From: an uncultured Bordetella sp.
GTDB taxonomy: Bacteria; Pseudomonadota; Gammaproteobacteria; Burkholderiales; SG8-39
Length of the DNA: 48,629 bases
NCBI GenBank assembly: GCA_964616875.1
Contig: CAZTSJ010000201.1
Coordinates: 1 to 48,629, forward strand
Reading direction: 5' to 3'
Shown: in pieces, positions 1 through 7,934 of the stretch
How the letters are laid out: every line of letters starts with the position of its first letter
How positions within the stretch are numbered: the first letter of the stretch is position 1
Notes under the pieces: generated by a model
Seen by the model: only the letters and a program-made list of their open reading frames with translations
Told to the model about the DNA's origin: nothing
Databases searched by the model: none
Translations under genes and position numbers: made by a program

Positions 1-1
1 C

Positions 2-574
2 GGCCTCGAGCAGCCGGGGCGCGAGGAGCGCACCGGGCTTATCCTGCCGCCGCACATCGATCTCAAATCAATTGCGCCGGGAAAGACGTTATCGGCGATG
101 CTGGAGGCGGGCGAGCTCGACGGCGTGGCCGCGGCGCGGCCGCCGTCGTGCTTCCTGCGCGGTGCGCCCAACGTGGCCCGCCTGTTTCCCGACTTCCGCA
201 AGGCCGAGCAGGAGTACTTCAAGCGCACCCGCATCTTTCCAGTGATGCACGCCATCGGCATCCGCAAGCCGCTGCTGGAGAAGCATCCGTGGCTCGCGGT
301 CAACGTTATGAAGGCTTTCGCGCGTGCCAGGGAACTGTGCTGGCACGCGCTCGGGCAGATCGGCCACCTGTACAACAGCCTTCCCTGGGGCGTGGCCGAC
401 TTCGCCGAAGCCCGAGCGTTGATGGGCGAGGACTACTGGAGCTACGGCCTCCAGGCGAACCGCCACGTGCTGGACGCGTTCACCCGCTACCACCAGGAGC
501 AGGGCCTCTCTGCGCGGAGGGTCTCGCCCGAAGAGATGTTTGCGCCTTCGGCCTGCGACCTCAGCCGGATCTGA
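2..574 (+). CDS. PhtD-like / NMT1-THI5-fold protein (family annotated as 4,5-dihydroxyphthalate decarboxylase or ABC substrate-binding protein); C-terminal fragment, 5' end outside window
   Basis: The frame of ORF 98..574 stays open to the window start. The C-terminal part matches the full-length paralog at 8677..9669 in pattern (RTRIFPVMH/RTRIFPIMH, DYWSYGL/DWWSYGL, RYHQEQGLS/RYHREQGLS). Confidence 0.75.
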   Translation, partial: GLEQPGREERTGLILPPHIDLKSIAPGKTLSAMLEAGELDGVAAARPPSCFLRGAPNVARLFPDFRKAEQEYFKRTRIFPVMHAIGIRKPLLEKHPWLAVNVMKAFARARELCWHALGQIGHLYNSLPWGVADFAEARALMGEDYWSYGLQANRHVLDAFTRYHQEQGLSARRVSPEEMFAPSACDLSRI

Positions 575-589
575 CTACTGCAGGAGATA

Positions 590-615
590 GGAAACCTGGT
601 TCATCCGGGTTTTCC
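590..615. terminator. Candidate hairpin between convergent genes (GGAAACC...GGGTTTTCC)
   Basis: Imperfect stem of about 7-8 bp with one bulge, located in the 61-nt gap between the convergent stops at 574 and 636. There is no clean U-tract. Confidence 0.25.
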
Positions 616-635
616 GTGGGTCACCGGATCCTCCG

Positions 636-983
636 CTAGATTGACCTGGGCGACGCGCCGGCGGCTGGGCCCGTCGCCGCGAAGCGCAGCCACCAGCCGC
701 GCGCGCCGTGGTACAGGCGCCACAGCGACCAGCCCCGGGCGAGCCAGGTGAGCGCACGCCTCGGGCGCAGGGCGGCGAGCAGCGCCACGCCCGCAATGGC
801 GATCAACGGCTGCCGCTGGGCCGCTTCCATCGCGCGGCGCACGGTGCGCAGCAGCGTCATCGCGAGGGCGCTTGCGCCGTCGGCGGGCGCGAGCAGCGCG
901 GCGAGAGTTGCGCGTTCGGCCTGCGCGCGCGCTGCGAGGCGCGCGCGGTGCTCGGCAAGGGCCAGGAGGCGCTCTCGCATCAT
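636..983 (-). CDS. YqjK-like family protein
   Basis: Small protein with an Arg/Leu-rich coiled N-terminus, one hydrophobic segment and a WxRRGWSLWRL-type C-terminus like E. coli YqjK. ATGA overlap with the upstream yqjE-like gene. Synteny with the DUF883 and YqjE genes. Confidence 0.65.
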   Translation of the reverse strand: MMRERLLALAEHRARLAARAQAERATLAALLAPADGASALAMTLLRTVRRAMEAAQRQPLIAIAGVALLAALRPRRALTWLARGWSLWRLYHGARGWWLRFAATGPAAGASPRSI

Positions 984-1336
984 GGCTGGCCCAGCGTGTC
1001 GCGGTCGCGCTCGAGTTCGGCGAGCGTCGCGGCGAGCAGTTTCGGCCGCTCGCGCAGGCGCATGCGCGCCATCAGCGCGGCGCCGGCGCCGATGGCGATG
1101 AACAGCGCCGCGAGCAATCCGGCTGCGAGCAGGCGGTTCGAGTCCCAGAAGAGCAGGACCACCAATATCGCGATGAACACGATCGCGATGCCGAGGAAGA
1201 AGAGTGCCGCCGCGAGCCAGATCAGGATTTCGATCAGCCGCAGCCCCTGCTCTTCGAGCTCGGTGGCGGCGAGCCGCGTCCGCGTCAGGGCGAATGACAG
1301 CAGCGTGCGTGCGAATTCCCTGACCGGGCCGAGCAT
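980..1336 (-). CDS. YqjE-like membrane protein (phage holin family / DUF1469)
   Basis: 118 aa with two long hydrophobic helices (IWLAAALFFLGIAIVFIAILVVLLF; LLAAGLLAALFIAIGAGAAL). Sits between the ElaB/YqjD-like and YqjK-like genes, as in the E. coli yqjDEK module. Confidence 0.7.
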   Translation of the reverse strand: MLGPVREFARTLLSFALTRTRLAATELEEQGLRLIEILIWLAAALFFLGIAIVFIAILVVLLFWDSNRLLAAGLLAALFIAIGAGAALMARMRLRERPKLLAATLAELERDRDTLGQP

Positions 1337-1397
1337 CGATTGTCTTTCGCCGCCGTTGGCAGGACGGGCCGAGGCCCGTCGCTGCGCGGGCGCCGGA

Positions 1398-1718
1398 TCA
1401 GCGGCGGCTGATCAGGATGCCGAGCAGCACGCCGGCCATGGCGGCGATGCCGACCGCCTGCCAGGGGTTCTCGTGCACGTATTCGTCGGTCACCTTGGCG
1501 GCCTGCTTGGTTTTCTCGACCAGCACGCGCTCGGCTTCGGTGAGCTTCACCTTGGCGCTTGCGAGGGAGGCCGTGATGCGCTCGCGCGCGGCGGAGACTT
1601 TTTCGCCCGCCTGCGCGGCGGTGGCGCGCAGCAGTTCTTCTGCATCGGCGACCACCACTTTCAGGTCGGCGACCAGTTTTTCCTTGCTCACATCGTTGCT
1701 TGCGGATTGGGTATTCAT
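1398..1718 (-). CDS. DUF883 family membrane-anchored ribosome-binding protein (ElaB/YqjD/YgaM-like)
   Basis: 106 aa with the typical pattern L..DLK.V..DAEELL... followed by C-terminal ENPWQAVGIAAMAGVLLGILISRR. Confidence 0.85.
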   Translation of the reverse strand: MNTQSASNDVSKEKLVADLKVVVADAEELLRATAAQAGEKVSAARERITASLASAKVKLTEAERVLVEKTKQAAKVTDEYVHENPWQAVGIAAMAGVLLGILISRR

Positions 1719-1835
1719 TTCGGACTTCCTGACGGTACTTGGGGGAGGGGGAGGCTACCGGTTTTTGCACCTCATGGCAACGGCATGGCGCACCGTGACG
1801 GTGCCCATTCACGGGGCGGGTAAGATGGCGCCCCG

Positions 1836-3080
1836 ATGGCGCTCGCCGACTACGCCGCAGCGTTCCGCAGCCGCAAAATTGGGCTGCTGTTGCTACTGGG
1901 ATTCGCCTCCGGCCTGCCGCTCGCGCTCACCGCGGGCACCTTGCAGGCCTGGCTCGCCGCCGAGAACGTGGACATCGTCGCCATCGGCTGGTTCGCGCTG
2001 GTCGGGCAGCCTTATACCTACAAGTTTTTCTGGGCGCCGTTCATGGACCGCTATGTGCCGCCGTTCCTCGGCCGGCGGCGGGGCTGGCTGCTCGTGACCC
2101 AGCTCGCTCTGGCGGCGGCGATCGCGTTCATGGGCACGCTCTCGCCTGTGGACTCGGCGTGGTTGCTGGGCGGCGCTGCGCTGACAGTCGCGTTCCTTTC
2201 GGCCTCGCAGGACATCGTGTTCGATGCCTTGCGCGCCGACTGGTTGGAGCGCGACGAACGCGGTGCCGGCGCGGCGGTGTCGGTGCTCGGCTACCGCATC
2301 GCGATGCTGATCTCGGGCGCGGGCGCGCTGATCCTCGCCGACCAGTGGCTCGGCTGGCAGGCGACCTACTGGCTGATGGCCGCGCTGATGGGCGTGGGCA
2401 TGGTGGCGACCTGGTTCGTGCTCGAGCCCGAAGTAAAAGGCGGCGCGCCGAAAACGCTCGATGCCGCCGTGGTGCAGCCCTTTGCCGAATTCTTCACGCG
2501 CAAAGGCGCGATAGCGCTGCTGGTGCTGGTCGTGCTCTACAAGCTGGGCGATGCCTTCGCCGGCAACCTCACCACCACCTTCCTCCTGCGCGGCCCGGGT
2601 TTTTCGCTCACCGAGGTCGGCGCCATCCACAAGTGCTTCGGCCTTGCTGCCACCATCCTCGGCGCGCTCGCCGGTGGTGCGCTGATGGCGAAGATGCGCC
2701 TGTACCGCGCGTTGCTCATCTTCGGCGTGCTGCAGGCGATCACCAACCTGGGCTTCATGCTGCTCGCCGCGAGCGGCAAGAGCTACGCGCTCATGGTCAC
2801 GGTCATCGGCCTGGAGAACCTCTGCGGCGGCATGGGCACCGCCGCCTACGTCGCGCTCCTGATGGCGCTCTGCGACCGGCGTTTCTCCGCGACGCAGTAC
2901 GCGCTCCTGAGCGCGCTTTCCGCCGTCGGGCGCGTCTACGTCGGCCCCGCCGCCGGCTACCTCGTCGCCGGTTTCGGCTGGATTCAGTTCTTCTTCTTCA
3001 CCTTCCTCATCGCCCTGCCGGGCTTGGCGCTGCTGGTCTGGATGCGCAAACGCATCGACCAACTGGATAGCACCACTTAG
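1836..3080 (+). CDS. ampG: AmpG family muropeptide MFS transporter
   Basis: 414 aa polytopic MFS protein. N-terminal LLLLGFASGLPLALT..TLQAW and YKFFWAPFMDRY motifs are typical of AmpG. Confidence 0.9.
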   Translation: MALADYAAAFRSRKIGLLLLLGFASGLPLALTAGTLQAWLAAENVDIVAIGWFALVGQPYTYKFFWAPFMDRYVPPFLGRRRGWLLVTQLALAAAIAFMGTLSPVDSAWLLGGAALTVAFLSASQDIVFDALRADWLERDERGAGAAVSVLGYRIAMLISGAGALILADQWLGWQATYWLMAALMGVGMVATWFVLEPEVKGGAPKTLDAAVVQPFAEFFTRKGAIALLVLVVLYKLGDAFAGNLTTTFLLRGPGFSLTEVGAIHKCFGLAATILGALAGGALMAKMRLYRALLIFGVLQAITNLGFMLLAASGKSYALMVTVIGLENLCGGMGTAAYVALLMALCDRRFSATQYALLSALSAVGRVYVGPAAGYLVAGFGWIQFFFFTFLIALPGLALLVWMRKRIDQLDSTT

Positions 3081-3085
3081 AGTCC

Positions 3086-3111
3086 GTCGTTCCCGCGAAA
3101 GCGGGAACCCA
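3086..3111 (+). repeat. REP-like hairpin element, copy 1 (GTCGTTCCCGCGAAAGCGGGAACCCA)
   Basis: Perfect 8-bp stem GTTCCCGC/GCGGGAAC with a GAAA loop, 6 nt after the ampG stop. Matches the copy at 26866..26891 at 25 of 26 positions on the opposite strand, and is related to 5404..5429. Confidence 0.7.
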
Positions 3112-3120
3112 CATGTAGTA

Positions 3121-3471
3121 TCAGCTTGCGCGAGCCGATTTCACGCGCGCGCGGGCCGGGCGCGAGGCCGGACGCGAAGATCGCTTCGCCAGCCATTTGC
3201 CGAACGAGGCCCGGCTTTCTCCGGACGGCTTGCCCGCCAGCAAGCCTTCGACGCTGATGTCTTCGTCGAGATCCGTCCAGTGGATACCCAGACCGCGGCC
3301 GATCAGCCGCCAGCGCTTGCGCTCTGCCGGGGTGGCGCGCAACAGCCGCGGGTACCACGCGAGCGGCGCCGAAATGCTTCGCCCGTCGCTCAAATCGACG
3401 CGAAGCGTGTCGTCCGAGACGGTCACGTCTTCGGCAAATGGCACTTCCATCTCAATGGCCGAAGTACTCAT
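3121..3471 (-). CDS. DUF2442 domain-containing protein
   Basis: Pattern V.V.DD.L.V.L.DGR.I..PL.WYPRL..ATP.ER..W.LIG.G.GIHW.DLDEDISVEGLL is typical of DUF2442. ATG at 3471 chosen (MSTSAIEMEV); it overlaps the end of the DUF4160 gene. Confidence 0.75.
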   Translation of the reverse strand: MSTSAIEMEVPFAEDVTVSDDTLRVDLSDGRSISAPLAWYPRLLRATPAERKRWRLIGRGLGIHWTDLDEDISVEGLLAGKPSGESRASFGKWLAKRSSRPASRPARARVKSARAS

Positions 3472-3688
3472 TCCAGGCCTCCATGAGTTCAACCTGTCGA
3501 TCACCAATCAGTCTCTCAAGCCGGATGATTTCCACCCGCGAAAAGCCGCCAATACGCTGTAGCCGAACTGGATCGAGCCAGAATTTCGCGATCCTATCAT
3601 CCCGCTCGACGTGGACATGCGGCGGCTCGCCACGGTCCCCGGCGTAGAAGAACAGGCGATATGGGCCGGACCTCAATACTGTTGGCAC
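3452..3688 (-). CDS. DUF4160 domain-containing protein
   Basis: 78 aa. Y.F.FY..D.GEPPHVHV......AKFWL.PV is the hallmark of DUF4160. Paired with a downstream DUF2442 gene. Confidence 0.8.
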   Translation of the reverse strand: MPTVLRSGPYRLFFYAGDRGEPPHVHVERDDRIAKFWLDPVRLQRIGGFSRVEIIRLERLIGDRQVELMEAWNEYFGH

Positions 3689-3785
3689 GGCACGGCTCGG
3701 AAACCGGCGCTTGTCGCTTCACGCATGCCTCCTTCAACGACGATCCATCGGCCAAGGTTGACCGCCCGAACTGCGGGCCGGTCGG

Positions 3786-4172
3786 TCAGCCAAGCTTCGC
3801 GCCGCGCTCCTTCAGCAACCGGCGCAGCACCGAACGGTGACAGCGCGCCTCATCCTCGCAATAGCAGCCGACCGAAAAGTCCGCTTCGTGCGAGAGCGCC
3901 GCAAGCAGATCGAGCGTCCGGCTCGCCTCCGGGCTGGACATTTCCTTCTTGTAGCGATTCTCGAACACGCTCCATTCGCGATCCGTTTCCGCCTTGCGGC
4001 CGAGATTTACCGTCACTTTGCTCGGCGCCAGGTTGGGAAACCACACGTCGTACCAGTTCCCCGACGCGAACTTCTCTTTCGGCACCCCGCGCGGCGGATG
4101 CCGCACCGTACCGATGCGCAGGCCCTCACCGCGCAGTCTTGGCGTGCCGAGGCGGACGATTCTTGCTGTCAT
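3786..4172 (-). CDS. DUF488 family protein (YeaO-like)
   Basis: Pattern RLGTPR..GEGLRIGTVR.PPRGVPK ... W...LAPS ... LLCYCEDE..CHR is typical of DUF488. ATG at 4172 preferred over the TTG at 4256. Confidence 0.7.
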   Translation of the reverse strand: MTARIVRLGTPRLRGEGLRIGTVRHPPRGVPKEKFASGNWYDVWFPNLAPSKVTVNLGRKAETDREWSVFENRYKKEMSSPEASRTLDLLAALSHEADFSVGCYCEDEARCHRSVLRRLLKERGAKLG

Positions 4173-4248
4173 TAACGTGGAGCCCACCGGCGCGCGCCGC
4201 GCCTCATTGCGCGCGTCCGCATGCGGCGCAAAGTTGGGCAGCGGTCCA

Positions 4249-5232
4249 TCATTCAATTACTTGGTCGGCTCGCAGCAGCAGGGACTGTGGGATCCTGAGC
4301 CCGAGCGCTCTAGCCGTTTTCATGTTGATGACGTACTCGAAGCGCGTCGGCTGCTCGACGGGAAGGTCGGCGGGCTTTGCTCCTTTGAGGATCTTGTCCA
4401 CGTAGGTCGCCGCCTTTCGGTAGGACTCCTCGATGTTCGCGCCGTACGACATCAGGCCTCCTTCGTCCGTGAAATTCTTGAAAAAGTAGATGGCGGGCAG
4501 GCGCTTACTCGCTGCGAACGAAACCAACTTTGATCGAGCGACAAAAAGAAACGGGTCGGTCGACACGATTATCCCCTGCGCGCCGCTTGCGGCGATGGCG
4601 GCAAGCGCCCGTTCCAGCTCCGCAGGATTGCCGGCGTCGAAGATGTCGATCCGGACGTTCATGCGCGGCGCGGCGGCCTCGATGCCCTTGAAATACGGCG
4701 AATTGGATCGGTTCGATCGATTCGCCAGCACCGCAACGTGCGCGATGCCGGGCACTGCGTCCTTGAGCAGTTCCAGCCACTTGCCGCCGAAGGACGGGTC
4801 GCTCACGCCGACCGCGCTGCCAGTGACGTTGCCGCCGGGCCGCGCGAGGCTTGTCACGATTCCCGACGCCACCGGATCCCCCACACCGGCGAATACGATC
4901 GGGACCGTGGTGCTCGCCCTCTTTGCGGCGGCGGCGACCGCGGGCGACCCGGCAACCAGCACGTCGACCCTCAATCCGACCAGCTCGGCGACGAGATCCG
5001 GAATCTTATTGAGCTGGCCTCCGGCAAAGCGAGCTTCGAGGACGACATTCTTGCCCTCGACGTAGCCCAAGTCCCTGAGTCCCTGGCGAAACGCCCGCGT
5101 TGCAGAACTGTCCGAAGCCTGGCTTGCCGCAACGAACCCCACACGAGGCACCTTCGCCGCCTGCTGAGCCTCGGCTGCGATCGCCGTCGCGAGCACGAGA
5201 GCTGCGGCAGCGAAGCGGACGATGGTCTTCAC
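4249..5232 (-). CDS. ABC transporter substrate-binding protein (ABC_sub_bind family), secreted
   Basis: GTG at 5232 gives the signal peptide VKTIVRFAAAALVLATAIAAEAQ followed by KVPRVGFV. The C-terminal ILKGAKPADLPVEQPTRFEYVINMKTARALGLRIPQSLLLRADQVIE is nearly identical in pattern to the paralog at 47473..48447. Confidence 0.8.
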   Translation of the reverse strand: MKTIVRFAAAALVLATAIAAEAQQAAKVPRVGFVAASQASDSSATRAFRQGLRDLGYVEGKNVVLEARFAGGQLNKIPDLVAELVGLRVDVLVAGSPAVAAAAKRASTTVPIVFAGVGDPVASGIVTSLARPGGNVTGSAVGVSDPSFGGKWLELLKDAVPGIAHVAVLANRSNRSNSPYFKGIEAAAPRMNVRIDIFDAGNPAELERALAAIAASGAQGIIVSTDPFLFVARSKLVSFAASKRLPAIYFFKNFTDEGGLMSYGANIEESYRKAATYVDKILKGAKPADLPVEQPTRFEYVINMKTARALGLRIPQSLLLRADQVIE

Positions 5233-5349
5233 GCGGCACCAATCCAATTCTGTTCTACCAGATCTCGCGCCGTCATTGCTGCGAATTGCGTGCACTGACT
5301 GCCTAACTAGGAGTAGACCGCACGTTGCGGCCTGGGAAAGCATATACCT

Positions 5350-5387
5350 GTAGATGCAAACATCCAATTCTGGATGCATACATCTGC
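5350..5387. promoter_or_regulatory. AT-rich imperfect palindrome (candidate operator or promoter element upstream of the 4249..5232 binding-protein gene)
   Basis: GTAGATGCAAACATCCA-ATTC-TGGATGCATACATCTGC. The core CATCCA/TGGATG is perfect and the arms match at 11 of 14 positions. The composition is unusually AT-rich for this window. Confidence 0.25.
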
Positions 5388-5403
5388 CGGCACATATTTG
5401 AAA

Positions 5404-5429
5404 TGGACCCCCGCTTCCGCGGGGGCGAC
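5404..5429 (-). repeat. REP-like hairpin element, copy 2 (minus strand GTCGCCCCCGCGGAAGCGGGGGTCCA)
   Basis: Same architecture as 3086..3111, with TT>CC and AA>GG compensatory changes that keep the stem. Lies 16 nt downstream of the metW stop. Confidence 0.6.
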
Positions 5430-5444
5430 GGCGACTGTTTTTAC

Positions 5445-6020
5445 CTAGGCGCTGACGCGGTAGACGGCGAGACTGCCGAGGAGATTGGGGAGAACGGAAA
5501 CGGGATCGCCGTTGGTGAGGACGACGCGCTCGAGGATGCGCAGGCCGAGCTTGGCGCAAAGGGCTTCGAAATCCACCAGGGTGCAGTGGTGCACGTTGGG
5601 CGTGTCGTACCACTGGTAGGGGAGTTCCTTCGACACGGGCATGTGGCCGGCGAAGGCGATCTGGATGCGCGCGCGCCAGTAGCCGAAGTTGGGGAAGGAG
5701 ACGATGGCTTCGCGGCCGACGCGAAGCATTTCCTTCATGAGCGGTTCCTGGCGGTGGATGGTCTGCAGGGTTTCCGAGAGGATCACGTAGTCGAAGGAAC
5801 GGTCGGCGAAGGCGGCGAGGCCGTCTTCAAGGTCCATCTGCAGGACGTTGACGTCGTTGCGGATGCACTCGATCACTTTGGCGTCGTCGATCTCGACGCC
5901 GTAGCCGGGCGCCTGGCGCGTCTGCCACAGGTGCTTGAGCAGGACGCCGTCGCCGCAGCCCAGGTCCAGCACCCGCGACCCGGGCGCGACCCAATGCGCA
6001 ATGGTTTCGCTGTCAGTCAT
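5445..6020 (-). CDS. metW: Methionine biosynthesis protein MetW
   Basis: 191 aa. [12 protein letters not shown] methyltransferase-like motif and SFPNFGYW...G.MPV...LPY.WYDTPN.H..T..DF are characteristic of MetW. 4-nt overlap with metX. Confidence 0.95.
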   Translation of the reverse strand: MTDSETIAHWVAPGSRVLDLGCGDGVLLKHLWQTRQAPGYGVEIDDAKVIECIRNDVNVLQMDLEDGLAAFADRSFDYVILSETLQTIHRQEPLMKEMLRVGREAIVSFPNFGYWRARIQIAFAGHMPVSKELPYQWYDTPNVHHCTLVDFEALCAKLGLRILERVVLTNGDPVSVLPNLLGSLAVYRVSA

Positions 6021-7123
6021 AGCACGATGTTGCCGAAGTAAGCGCGCAGGGCGCCGAAGTAACGCGCGTCATCCATGAGGAAGGCGTCGTGCCCCTGCGG
6101 CGCATCGATCTCGAGGTAGGACACCACGCGCCGGTTGTCGAGCAGCGCGCGCACGATTTCGCGCGAGCGCGCCGACGAGAAGCGCCAGTCGGAGGTGAAG
6201 GAGACGACGAGGAAATCGGCCTGCGCGCGCGCGAAGGCTTTCGACAGGTCGCCGCCGAACTGCGCCGCCGGGTCGTAGTAGTCGAGCGCCTTGGTGATGC
6301 GCAGGTAGGTATTGGCGTCGAAGTAGGTCGAGAACTTGTCGCCCTGGTGGCGCAGGTAGGACTCGATCTCGAAGTCGATGTCGAAATCGTAGCCCGGCGT
6401 CGCGCGCCGCAGCACGCGGCCGAATTTCTCCATCATCGCGTCGTCCGACAGGTAGGTGATGTGCCCGATCATGCGCGCGATGCGCAGCCCGCGCACCGGC
6501 ACCACGCCTTTTTCGTAGTAGTGCCCGCCGTGGAAATCCGGGTCGGTCATGATCGCCTGGCGCGCGACTTCGTTGAAGGCGATGTTCTGCGCCGAGAGGC
6601 GCGGCGTGGCGGCGATGACGATGGAGTTGCGCACCCGCGCCGGGTAGGAGAGGGCCCACTGCAGCGCCTGCATGGCGCCCAGGCTGCCGCCCATCACCGC
6701 GGCGAAGCTCTCGATGCCCAGGTGATCGGCGAGGCGCGCCTGCGCCGCGACCCAGTCCTCCACCGTCACCAACGGGAAATCCGCGCCCCAGGGCTTGCCG
6801 GTGGCGCGATTGGTCGAGGTGGGCCCGGTCGAGCCGAAGCAGGAGCCGATGTAGTTGTTGCCGATGACGAAGAAGCGGTCGGTGTCGAGCGGCTTGCCGG
6901 GTCCCACCATGTTGTCCCACCAGCCGAGGTTTTCCGGTTCGCTGGCGTAGGTGCCGGCGACGTGGTGCGAGGCGTTCAACGCATGGCAGACCAGAACCGC
7001 GTTCGAGCGCGCGGCGTTCAGCTTGCCGTAGGTCTCGAAGGCGATGTCGAATTCGGGCAGCACGGCGCCGCTCTGCAGCTTGAGCGGCTCGGTGAAGCTT
7101 GCCATTTGCGGCGCAACGATCAC
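6017..7123 (-). CDS. metX: Homoserine O-acyltransferase MetX (acetyl- or succinyl-transferase; specificity not decidable from sequence alone)
   Basis: Alpha/beta-hydrolase with the [13 protein letters not shown] nucleophile elbow, and VCHAL..SHHVAG and ...D..FP... patterns. Followed by metW. The start is GTG at 7123, or alternatively ATG at 7105. Confidence 0.95.
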   Translation of the reverse strand: MIVAPQMASFTEPLKLQSGAVLPEFDIAFETYGKLNAARSNAVLVCHALNASHHVAGTYASEPENLGWWDNMVGPGKPLDTDRFFVIGNNYIGSCFGSTGPTSTNRATGKPWGADFPLVTVEDWVAAQARLADHLGIESFAAVMGGSLGAMQALQWALSYPARVRNSIVIAATPRLSAQNIAFNEVARQAIMTDPDFHGGHYYEKGVVPVRGLRIARMIGHITYLSDDAMMEKFGRVLRRATPGYDFDIDFEIESYLRHQGDKFSTYFDANTYLRITKALDYYDPAAQFGGDLSKAFARAQADFLVVSFTSDWRFSSARSREIVRALLDNRRVVSYLEIDAPQGHDAFLMDDARYFGALRAYFGNIVL

Positions 7124-7245
7124 GGCGGTTCCTGTAAACGAAAAGCCCGTTCAGCTTGCGCAGAAACGGGCTTCGGCAACCGGTCTCTTTAGCGGTATTT
7201 GTAGAGCGCCCGCAAGCTGAACTTCAAATCGGCGCTGAAAGGCTA
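7124..7245 (-). promoter_or_regulatory. Structured metXW leader (candidate riboswitch or attenuator)
   Basis: P1-like hairpin AGCGCC(7236..7231)/GGCGCT(7210..7205). Its loop carries GTTCAGCTTGCG (7222..7211), which is perfectly complementary to CGCAAGCTGAAC (7160..7149). That second segment overlaps the loop and the 3' arm of the terminator hairpin. Confidence 0.4.
7134..7173 (-). terminator. Intrinsic-terminator-like hairpin inside the metX 5' leader (attenuator candidate)
   Basis: Minus strand AAGCCCGTT-(13 nt loop)-AACGGGCTT followed by TTCGTTTAC, ending about 10 nt before the metX GTG. It lies between divergent genes, so it cannot be terminating an upstream minus-strand gene. Confidence 0.4.
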
Positions 7246-7275
7246 GTGTAGCATTTCCATACCAAGGGGGAGCGT

Positions 7276-7932
7276 ATGAGCCCATTAGCACGGCTGGCCC
7301 TTATTTTTGCACTGCTTGTTCCGTTGACGTCGGCAGCACAGGTCGCGCCCGCCTGGGAGGCGGCACGCGCGGAAATCCTCAAGGATTACGCCAAGCAGCA
7401 ACCCGGTGACAAAGTGCTCGAAGTGACGGGCCCCGAGAGGCGCGAAGCGATCATCATCGCGATCCGCTACTACGGCTCGGCGCTGGTGCAGCGCAAGGAT
7501 GGTTCCAAGAGCCGCGACAGGGTGCTGGTCGAATACCGGCTCGTGGGCAGCCGCTGGGAGCTCGAACGGGTGCACGTCTACGAGCAGCAGGCGCTCGCGG
7601 ATCTCGCGCCGCCCTCGGCGCAGGAAGCGCAGAAAATCCTGCTCGCCGCCTGGCAGGGCGCCAAGTGCGAGGCTTTCGACGGCCTCGCGGTGGCGATCGA
7701 CGGCGAGCCGAAGTACCAACTGGAAACCACCGCGGACCGCGCCAATGCCAAGCGCTGGTTCGTCTACAGCGTGAAGGTGTCCGCGAAAGGCAACGGCAAG
7801 TTCCGCCTGAGCGAGGACGGCACGGCCTACGTCAACGCGACCCAGAACATGCTGCTGTGGAACCCGGTGCAGAAATCCTGGTCGGTGGAAGCGCGCCATC
7901 TACGTTGCACTGGTTTTACCAAGGGAAATTAA
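7276..7932 (+). CDS. Hypothetical secreted protein
   Basis: Signal peptide MSPLARLALIFALLVPLTSAAQ. No recognised family. Distant paralog of the convergent neighbour. Confidence 0.6.
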   Translation: MSPLARLALIFALLVPLTSAAQVAPAWEAARAEILKDYAKQQPGDKVLEVTGPERREAIIIAIRYYGSALVQRKDGSKSRDRVLVEYRLVGSRWELERVHVYEQQALADLAPPSAQEAQKILLAAWQGAKCEAFDGLAVAIDGEPKYQLETTADRANAKRWFVYSVKVSAKGNGKFRLSEDGTAYVNATQNMLLWNPVQKSWSVEARHLRCTGFTKGN

Positions 7933-7934
7933 TT

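Noticed and set aside
980-1336. 'Phage holin family' protein as evidence of a prophage lysis cassette
   Set aside because: It sits in the conserved chromosomal yqjD(elaB-like)-yqjE-yqjK stress and membrane module. There is no endolysin, spanin or other phage gene nearby.
1363-1380. Hairpin GACGGGC-CGAG-GCCCGTC between the DUF883 and yqjE-like genes as a terminator
   Set aside because: No U-tract follows on the minus strand, and the genes look co-transcribed. At most it is an mRNA-stabilising or processing stem, so it is not called as a feature.
708-1823. 371-aa plus-strand ORF (and 748..1101, 872..1297, 1285..1812) covering the yqjK/yqjE/DUF883 region
   Set aside because: It is antisense to, or out of frame with, three small genes that have recognisable family patterns. 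The translation is an Arg/Ala/Gly/Ser-rich low-complexity product typical of shadow ORFs in high-GC DNA.
7124-7245. Firm assignment of the metX leader to the SAM-II riboswitch class
   Set aside because: Only short string resemblances are visible. The canonical H-type pseudoknot with an AAAGCU 3' strand could not be drawn convincingly by hand. The region is kept as an unclassified structured leader pending a covariance-model search.
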